Of a DNA stretch of 64,000 bases, positions 53,782 through 64,000 are shown piece after piece. How positions within the stretch are numbered: the first letter of the stretch is position 1; each line of letters starts with the position of its first letter. This DNA comes from Syncephalis fuscata S228 (Eukaryota; Fungi; Zoopagomycota): assembly GCA_025786725.1 (NCBI GenBank), contig JAHLTZ010000023.1, positions 310,001 through 374,000 on the forward strand. The letters run 5' to 3'. Below the pieces are notes generated by a model. That model made no database searches. It was not told the DNA's origin and saw nothing but the letters and a program-made list of their open reading frames with translations. The position numbers were made by a program, and so were the translations under genes.

Positions 53782-55626
53782 TTAGGCAATCACACGAGTG
53801 GCAACGAGACCGGTTGCCGTTGTGGGACTGGCCAGTGTGATGGGCAGTACAGGTCCTGATGGCGATGACATGCCGTTGTAGTCGCATTTAATTTCAGTTG
53901 TATTTGAAAATGTAAAGTCATTGCTATTTATATTGCCGTGCGAATGTTCTGAAATGGTGAATGTATCAAAAGAGCGCGGTAATTCGACATAGGCCAATGA
54001 ATCTGCTGCAAGTGAAATACGTTTGGTCATTATATCATTGGAGAATAGCTTTTCTCCACGCGATAATGCCTTTTGTCGTCGACGCTCAGCGCGACGTTCA
54101 TGCGTACGTTCATGCTGGGCTAAATTATCTCGACGTGCAAAGCGTCGTGCACAACCAGCCCATGAGCACGAATAAGGACGTTCCTGTGTATGTACACGCT
54201 GGTGACGTCGTACGTGTTCGGCACGATTAAAGCGACGCTGACAGATTGGACAGACATGAGCTGAGGACGGAGAAATACCACCAGCAATGCTGGCACGATA
54301 CATAGGAGCTCCTGAAATTGCTGCCACGGTTGAGTTACGACGAACGACATTGGTAGACGATAAATTGGCCGCTAACGATAGTGCAGGCGATGAAGCATGT
54401 CGCGCTAGTGCACGTATTGTACTAGGCGGCGATGACGATGACGATGGCGATGATTGAGGTACTTCATGCGATGCTACTATGCTAGACGGACTGGTCAAAG
54501 CGTATCCTTCGGCAAAAAGAGATGCGTTGGCATTATGCGCGTGTAATCCTATCGAAGGATCAACTGCACTGGTGAATGAAGTGTATGTCTGTGACGTTAC
54601 CGAGCTAGCTGAGAAATCGGAGCCAGGACTACTTGGCGACCATGTAGAGTCAGCGTGATGTTCTCTGTTTAATAAATACTTTATGCTTGGTAGACGTGAT
54701 GCAGATTCTGAAGGCGTTAGTGGTGGAGTGCCATCAAATAGCTGGCTATGCGCAATATGACTGCCATTGAACGACGTCGTTGACTCGTCTAGTCCTCCAT
54801 TGTTTTCAGATCCAAACTCACTATTTGGCGTCTCATCGCATGTCTCTAGCAGCGAAGAGAGACGCATTCGTTGGTACTGGCCAAGTGCCGGTGCACTGCC
54901 ACGACGAGCACCTGTCCAGCCGCGTGGTGGAAATGTATTCCATCCGGCTGATGGAGCCAGTCCTGCAGACTGTGGACTAGATCCCACTGCGTCCAATGTG
55001 TCTACATCGGTATTTGCAGACGATTGCAATTCATCAATCGTCGATGTAGACTCCATCAAACTTGGCTGTTGCATAGAAAGAAACGATGAATCGACAAAGG
55101 CAAAGTGGGGTCCTGGATGAGCCTCTGGTGAGCTAGCAGGTGTGGTATTGGTGTTAGTAATAACATTTGTGGCCGATGATACCATCAACGACGTATTACT
55201 ATGAAGGGATAGATTGGCTCTTGAGTTCAAATAAGGCATTGAATGGGAACGCGATAAATTCTGTGTTTCTGGGATATTACTAAGGCCAGTAATGCTATTA
55301 TTATTGCTGCTATTGCTACTGCCGATGCTGCTATTCACGCTAGGCAGCCAAGCAAGCCCCTTTAATTGCGAAACCGAAGGAGGGGAAGGCAGTGACCCTG
55401 CGTCGTATTGAACAAACGGATCCTGTCCAAATGAAGAGCCAGACACCCTACGTTGACGTAGAAGTGTATCAGCCGAGGTCAGCAGTGTGCTGCCTGCATC
55501 TGCAGTAAAGCATTCTTTAAGCGATGGTAGTCGTTGGTCACCTGTGAAACAAAAAAAGGCGCATAATAGACACTGCTGGTTAATGCCCGTTCAAAACTTC
55601 ACGCCCAGTACGCCTTGTTCAAACAT
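53782..55626 (-). CDS. Two-finger C2H2 transcription factor (Nrg1/Msn2/Usv1-like); 5' exon uncertain
   Basis: HVCPICQRRFNRAEHVRRHQRVHTQERPYSCSWAGCARRFARRDNLAQHERTH; LPSLKE and LPSIKYLL motifs; RRGS/RRNS PKA-type sites. Frame is open to the acceptor at 55541. ATG 55626 would need a GC-AG intron. Confidence 0.85.
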
Positions 55627-57359
55627 CTTTAGCCTATAACTTGTTTTTGCGATGGAGCGTGCGTATTCCAGCATCGATTACACACTGTCATAGCCTTAAT
55701 ATCAAAAAATAACCACTGAGACAGCCAAAAAACGGTCATGAGGTACTTGTATGTGTGCAAGGGGTGTTTCAAAGCTATAGTTCGCTTTGCCTATATTCCT
55801 ATTGCTCTCCTTGGAACAAGCACGCTGTGTCATCAGAACATGTAAGTTCTGTGGGTGTGTGGGTGAATAACATAATTCAAACTCCGACACCGACTACATA
55901 TGTTTTACTGCCCCATTTTGACTGTGGCCATTTGACCATACTAAATTTTGATTGGCAACAAAGGTCGTCCAATCATTAAATCATCATGAGTCCATATGGT
56001 TACTCTTTTACTACACAATGGCCATTGTGTGTTTGTTATTATTTATAATAGCATCAATATCACCATTAATAAAATATAAATAATAATACTAATAATGACC
56101 ATACTAGTTATTGTTAAAATGACACAACACAATTGGGACAGCTTTTTTAAAAGCTGGCTCCTTCAAACTAAGGGCATGACTGCACGCGTAGACTCATACC
56201 ATGCAACCACCACCTGATATAACTCTGTACATGATACTGCAAAGCCGTATAGTCTATTCTATCAATGGGAATAGCAACTTACCAGACATGGCGTGTATAG
56301 TTTATGGTTATGGTGCACAAGCGGAAGTTACGTGTACTATTTAGTATTAATAGCCGGCGTGTGCTGTACGTTGAATCCTGGGATAAATATGATAGTACAA
56401 GTGGATGTTTACTGCGGATAATAACAAACAACAAGTCAGTACTGAAACAAATGACGAGAAACAACAAAATCAAAGAATACTAAAGAGTAATACAAGCTGA
56501 CCATAAACAGGTGCAAGAAACGAGGCGGTGGAACCGATAGAAAGAAAATGAAGCAAGCAATAGTATAGATAGATATAGCGCACGCGTGCTATGTGCAATT
56601 TAGTAGCGCTGACAAAACCACTTGCAAAACCAAAAGAGTAGTTGCTGTTAATATATTCAATATTGTATACTAAACTTGCTAACGTCTAGACGAGAGCAAG
56701 ACTAAAGTACCGAAGGAATATCAGCAAAAGTAGAGGCAACAACAGTAGCAATAGTAGTTACAACAACGGCGACCACGACGACGACGACGACAACAAACGT
56801 AAAAGTGTAGACGACGTAATACGTGAATGTGCAACGAAATGAAAGAACAACAAAAGCAAACAGCTTCAAAGTACCAGCCTATGCGAATGACAAGCAATGA
56901 AGGACAACAGCTATTGTAATAAAAAAGAGCTTTAAAATGAATATTCACGCAAACGACTGAAGCGAGTGGTGAAAGTGAATAGAGGAAAGAAAACGCGCTG
57001 ATTCGAAAAATGGCTACGTGGATGTGTGGTTTATTATTATTATGTTTAAACAGCAACGGTATATCGCACTTTAAGGAGAGAGAATAGCAGATGGATTGGA
57101 GATAGGTGACAAGGGGGAGGAAGGAGGAAGCACAGCAGTAGCATCAACATCAGCATCAGCAGCAGCAGCAGCAGCAGAGGAAAAAAGAATAGGAGAGTGA
57201 GGAGAGGAGAGGAAGGCTATAACAAACCTGTACTCTTTTTCTTGCGTGCACGCGTGCTTGTACTCAATCAATTTCTTTGAATGGTTTATTGACTTTTTCT
57301 GCGTCGTAATGGATGCTCATCTGAGTAAGTGTACAAAAGGAGTACTACGTATTTCGTAT

Positions 57360-57390
<31 letters not shown>

Positions 57391-59548
57391 TTAAAAGGGA
57401 GAAGTACAGATATAGTAAAATTGCAAGTACAAGAGAAATAGCTTAGGTGCTATAAAAAAGGGGACAGAACGTGGTGCGGGGAATCTTTGTCAGGCAATAT
57501 TACCATGAAATAGCTGCAGTTGTCATGAATTAGCGAAAAGGGAGGATGCAGATATGTCACATTCAAGGTCCTAAGTAGTATTGCCGAGCGGGAATAATAA
57601 CAATAAATGATGCTATTTGATAAAGACTAGGATCAACATAAGTCTTTATTATTCTTTCCGAGTCGTGATAGATTTAGCAGAGTTTTAGCCAACCGATACC
57701 GACAATCTATGCCTAAGAAGGAGATACAAGGATGGCGGTTAGAAACAAAACAGCGTTGAATAGGCTAGAACCGAAAAATGTCGTCGGAGAGATGGTTGCG
57801 CATGTAAGTATCGACATGGATCGACAAGCATCGATAAATACACAAGGAGGCTGTGTAAAAAAGACCCTGATATAATTCATAGATAAAATTGCACTGTATA
57901 ACACTGTTATCTCTATTCGTCATTCATTCATCAAACGGTAATGGTCAATTAATTACTGCAAGCCTACTCTCAGCTGACCAGGTTGGAGTGACACGAAGCT
58001 GCCCTATATTGGAGGCAATGCTTCATGATCAATTAATTAATGTCTTGATTGGCTATGACATTGCCCCATCGATAAAACAGCAATGCTGTAATAGCAATGA
58101 ACGCAGTAATCCATGGCCGCAATGGCCATAACAAGGCGATAAGAAACATGGCTAGACATCAGGTGACGGAGGACTCATTTCCTTTTCTCTGACGTAGAAA
58201 CATGTGTGTTTTAGGAGTAAAACCACGTAGAAAACGCCGTTTGTTATTTCAAAATATAAACTGTTCTTACTGTACTAATACAAAGTTATTTAATATTACA
58301 GCAATGGCTTTTAACAGCTCATTTATATATTTAATAACACATCATTTAATAAAATTATAATTTAATAGCTTTAAAATGAACATTATTATTCTGATCACGC
58401 TAATCATGTTTATTGTTTTGATTATACCTCATCGAGTTATGATAAGAAAATCTTGAAACGGCCATGCGCACATGCGTATACAGCTGCAAGTGATGGCCAG
58501 CCAAAGCAGTGAAGATTGAAATGCAGCTACAGTTAGAATGCACTGCTGCCATATAATAGCCACTTCTTTGTACTACAAACTGATAATTATGACGTTTTTA
58601 CATCATTTAATAGCATCCCTTGTATTCTTCCTATCAATCGTCGATTTTTTAAATCTACCATCATTGTTTAGTATTGATAACAACAATGAATGGACTAATG
58701 TTCATTGTGCAGATAAACGCCAAGAAAAAGCAGTATTTTTGAAAAAGAAAGGGGACCCATACAATGACATGCATGCCGATATAGGTGATGTACGCATGGA
58801 TGGGCGTTTAAAACAGCGCAAGAGAAAGCGCGGCAATAAACATGTTCTATACCGCGATAAACGGTGCTGTTGCAAAGGCAAGAGCTGCAAGTAAACGCAT
58901 TGCACGCTTTATATGGAATGCAACTCTTATTATGGCAGTCGAAATCAAGTAGCCACCCATTATATTACTATTGTTACTACTATTATTGTAACTATTGTTG
59001 GAATCTAGACAACGGCTCAACCGCGACCAAGGTGGGGCTTAATTAAACATTAATCTGCAGTGCAATAATAGATTGCATACCAAGCCTTTGTACAATAATG
59101 GTAAAAAGATTAGCCGAATGCCTATTTTGATTGTCATAGCTACATTTTATTCATTATTTATCTGTAAAGCACCACCAATAACGGCCACAACAATACAGGG
59201 TTAGTAATGATAGATGATAAGTATCCATGCCACGGCTGCGGCAGTCACCCACGTGATACAGCCATGGCTTTACTTGGGTCTGTATGGTTGTATATTTATG
59301 TGTAACACGGACTGGCTTAAAACGGTAATTCCTTGAATGCACAGACAGTAAAAGGCCGATGGCTACACAAAATGGCAAAGAACTTTTGGTGGCAACATTT
59401 ACTGATTTTAACTATTCTATTGCCATTTCTTTTATTGTTAACTAATTTTATTATTATTAAAATAATTATTTTTATTGCTGATTTTATAATTACTATTGTT
59501 ACTAATAGTTAACATGAATAAAATACACTAACAATAGACCAATATCAT

Positions 59549-62500
59549 TTAAATAAAATGCCCTCGATTTTCACGTCGAGGTGCAGTCACAGTTGTAGAC
59601 GAGCGTTTAAGTACTTCCTCGCTAATGGTGATAACAAGATTGACAGCACCTTCGCGCGACATGTCACCTTGAATCATTAGATCGAGGCCAGCACCCGTTC
59701 CCTCCATTGACGCTTTGCCGTCAATCGTTAAACTATTGGCGGCTTCAGTCTTACCGACTGTCCACCGCTGTAACGACATACGACCGGCTGTCGTCATACC
59801 GACCATGTTGATTAGTTCAAATAGCTGTTGCGTAGATGACTTGTCATTCGGACATGACAAACGATCTGATTTGCGCAAACTACCATCATTACCGTCGAGT
59901 AATTTCTCATTACCCACTAAAGCAAATGAGTCATCTACACCGTGTGATCTATCAACAAAACGTGCAAAGAATTCACGTTCTTCTTTAGCCCCTTCAGCTC
60001 GCCATGCCACCAGCAAATGTGGCTGACAAGCAAGCATTTGGCCATCCGGCCAGGCCAGCGCGTAAAGTAATAAACCAACACTGGCAGCCGGTGCCGATAC
60101 TGATGCTGCAGTAAATGAAAAATTGGCACTAGCTCGGCCACCATTACCGCGGATCATTGCTGTAGGCTGTGTTGTACAGCTACCAACGATAGTTGTACAC
60201 TCAATTCGCTTTAATAAAAGATAAGGATGGCGATTTTCAATCATTACATAGACAGGATCGGGTAGTGCATCTAATAAAACAGCAATTATAGTTATTAGTC
60301 TTAATTGGTTATTTATAATTATATATAACCTACCATTAATAATCTCACTAAATGGTAATGGAAATTGTAATTCATCAACTCGCTATTAAAACAATATTAA
60401 AACAATACGAATATTAATATAAATATTTTGTTAGATCACTTATATAACGTTATAAATAAGCTTACTTCGTCAAGTAATAATTCTTTAAGTGCTATACGTA
60501 GTTTAGCATTGGAGCCTGAGGTTAAACTGGCTTGTATCTCAATTTGTCGATTATCGTCAATGGCAATTTCCATATCGACTGCACCATAACAAGAGAAACG
60601 ACTCATGGCTTCAAGTCCAGAAAGTATATCATTCCACAAACGATAATCGGTATCGCTAGGCATTTGTCGTTCGGAATTTAATGCAACAATCTCCAGCAAC
60701 AAACGACTAGGCGCATTCTTTGACATCTGCCAACCGACAAGCAAAAGGATCGGTGATGACATAGGCGTGCCATCTGTATAACTAAGCCGATAAGCAAGAA
60801 TACCCTCAAGTCGAGTATTAGCTTCGGCAGTAGTGGCATCGTAGATTCGAGTGGCCGATGAGAATATGCCCCAGTCTTCGTTGGTATTGTGTTGGTCAAG
60901 TTGTTCACTCGGTGAATGTGAACAAATACCTTCAATAGCCCGACAGCCTACCAATTGTAGTGTAATATTAGATAGATTGTTTTTAATAGCAAATATTAAA
61001 TTCAATTGTTCTTTAATATCGGTCGGTATAGCTTCGCTTGACTGATTTGGGCTGCTATTTCCATCATCTACTACAGCTGGCGACGTATTGCCCCGTTCTA
61101 CAGTTGGCCGTACAACTGCTGAATTAAATGATAGGTTGGCAATTTTATTATAAACCGTAGGTGAAATAATCTCGGAAGTTGTACGGTTTGGCGGTTCAGG
61201 TAATGGACGTGAAGTTTGCCGGCTATACTTCATATTGGGCGATAGTGTCTGTCGTTTTAATTTTGGTGACTGATGTGTACCATTGCTAGTATTGCTACTG
61301 CCGCTGCTACCAGCATTACTGCTGTTGCTAGCATTGCTACTATTGCTGGCTGTGCTAGTCACCAAGGCCGACAGTGAGTTTCTTATACATGGTAATGATG
61401 ATTCGGAATTGTTGTTTGATAGTGGCAATATACGACTACTTGGTGCCTGAGCTCGTAACGAAGGATTTTGTTCGAAATAAATACTTTTTTCCTCAATTGG
61501 AGAAATAATACGATGTGGATCTATTGAGTGATTTGAAAAGTCATTGACTGGCTCCTGTGTGATATTCATTGTCATATTGGCTGATGTTGTCGATTCAGGT
61601 CGTGGTCGTTGTATAATTGGATCTTCAGGATCAATAAGCTTCATACTCAAATATGGTGGACCTGGCTCTTCCTCGCGCGATAATCGATTAACCAATGCAA
61701 CACGTAGATTAGTCACTTTAAGTCGCTGACGAACATGGCCACCAGGGCCAATAAGACGTGCATCGGCTAAACGACAAAAGAACTTTTCACGTCCAGCTTG
61801 TGTAGCAAATCGCTCGTGCATATCGAATGTCACTTGAACAGCATTGGCAAAGTAAGAACGACCACCAGTCAACGATACACGCCAACCAATGGTCAAATAT
61901 GTGTTGGTGGCAACCTGCCGCTCTCTATTTTCAACTGCTGACATAATAAATCCTGATGCCACACCATTGCTGGCGACGGATGAGGTAAATTCACAGATTA
62001 ATTGGCCACCAAGATCAAGACTATCTTTAGGTACTGTTATAGGTTCGCCTTGTACAATATAGGCATGTGGATAAAGTAGACGAATACCTGGATGCAAGTT
62101 ATGCATATCAACTACAATACTTGCAATAGTCGGCGATCGTACGGTTCGTGGTACTTGTTTGTTCACCGGTAATGAAGTGGATCGAGGTGGATGCCAATAA
62201 ATTGGATTAGGCGCAGTTATAGGCACATCAGGTACAGGCGGTGGTGTAGTTGATGTTGGCACATGATCAAATTCATCATCAGGCGCTAATAAATTAATAT
62301 TAATAAATAAACAACTTTAAATAGCAAAGTAGTTACCAAGTGACGGATCTACCGTCTCACCACTAGCCGTACTCATATTGTCTTTGGCATGTCGACCACC
62401 CTATGATTATTATAACAGTTATTATTACTATTGCAATAGTATTCGGTATTTAATGTCTATTTACCTGAACTTCATTTGAAAAGCATACCATTGCATTCAT

Positions 62501-64000
62501 TAGATTATTTGCTTTATCAATATTAATGTCAAGCGTGACCGAGTAGACCGAGCGATTCTTCCATCGACCTAGAAAGCCAGTACGCTCCTCTTCAACGGCA
62601 TATACACCTTGAGGGCCTGGCTCTCCCGCCCGCATCAACACATTATAAAGATTAGGCAATAGATTCATAGCATCGCCCGCTGGATCCTTTTCGCCAAATT
62701 CAACATCTTGCAATACATCAGTAACAAATCGTATTTCTTCGCAGCCATTTTCAAGTGCCATACGCCAAGCAATAATAAGATGTGGCGAATTATCGACTGG
62801 TTTGCCATCAAGATCGACAATTTGATACATAATTACACCGGCTGATGAAGTGGCCGATGGATCAGCCGAAAATGAACCGGCTGCCCGACCTGATGGCAAT
62901 AGTGCACGATCAAATTCATCACATAAATAACTACGCACCGAGTAGAAACGACCCGATTGTAATCTTAATGATGGATGTGAGTTTTTAAGCGTAAATTGTA
63001 CCTGTGAAGGCATACGCCCAAGTGTAGCACCACCAAATGTTGAACGTCGTTGTATAGCGGCTGTCGTATCAGTTACTGGTGCAAAGTTGACCGATAATAC
63101 AGGACTATCCTCAAGACTTAAATAGCCTTCAGCTATTAAAGAACGTACGTCGCCTTTAAATGATGTCATACGTGTAATACGATGTCCACGATAACTACGG
63201 CTTAGTGCAGCCAGAACAAAGAAAAGAAACCGTGTTGCTGAACTGCTTGTTAATTGTTCATCATCATAGGCAGAAAAGAACTCAACACCATAACGTATTT
63301 GAGTAATGGTGGGTGCTGTCCAACTAACCAGTATGTAAAGTCGCTGATTACCATTACCTTTACCGCCTATACTTGTGGCCGATAATCGTTCACCAAGTGA
63401 ATTTGATGATGATGATGATGATGGTGGTGGCAATATAAGATTCTCGGTTGCTTGATAAACAACATGTCCCATAAGCGATCTCTCCGATTCACCTACAAAT
63501 GCCGATAGAATATCATGGGCACCTGAACGCAATACACCAGCACTGCCATCCTCACGAACAGCACCTTTTGAGCGAGCATCAATCGAACAAAGACACAATG
63601 ACATTGATGGATGTGCATTCTCTACTAGAACATACATGGAAAATGACCCAGTATAGCCTAGTGTATTTCGCTGGTTGGCTGCAGTGGCAGCAAGTAATTT
63701 TTTTACTTGAGCGGCTGCATGATTTGTACGACATCTAATAGTGGTGATTATATTGTATTAATTTACCATTTTGCCATTTTACCTATTTTCATTTATCGTT
63801 GTCAACTTACGTAAAAAATGTATGAGCAGGTAACCAAACCGGTAATAGCATACTACGATCCTCATGTTCATGGCTAAGATTGACTGTAAATCGCGCAGTA
63901 CTACCGCCCGACACATGCGTAGTTAATGTAAATCGAATACCAGGCATAAGTTCACCCGTCCAAAGACGCTGACCACTGCCACGTACCATCATTTCCCTCC
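59549..64000 (-). CDS. Large multi-exon protein of tandem 170-200 aa actinoporin/aegerolysin-like beta-sandwich units; 5' end beyond window
   Basis: ORFs 63807-63992, 62450-63637, 60436-62262 and 59549-60244 are joined by short GT-AG introns. The recurring pattern hxhxNxHPxhxL...G...F...GxhxY...LxhxW occurs five times. Confidence 0.7.

Overview
Eukaryotic, gene-dense fungal DNA with many short AT-rich GT-AG introns. Gene content and style suggest an early-diverging fungus, plausibly Zoopagomycota/Syncephalis-like (inference only). About 19 genes. Recognisable ones are a partial QLQ/SNF2-type remodeller, mitochondrial RNA polymerase, eIF2-gamma, phytochelatin synthase, Nse1, PTRHD1, Atg11, Def1-like, Mbp1/Swi4-like, homocitrate synthase and a C2H2 TF. 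LAMTOR4-like and Cnl2/Nkp2-like genes are absent or fragmentary in the ORF track. Three non-routine signals stand out. (1) A 1052-bp near-perfect inverted repeat pair (46698-47749 / 51562-52613) brackets a single secreted Pro/Gln-repeat gene, a candidate invertible or foldback cassette. (2) A decayed Fanzor/TnpB-like nuclease remnant (about 43492-43975, minus) is followed directly by three hairpins where an omegaRNA is expected. (3) A large gene running off the right edge is built from at least 5-6 tandem actinoporin/aegerolysin-like domains. About a dozen frame breaks in conserved genes point to assembly indel errors. All family calls are from motif recognition by eye; no searches were run.
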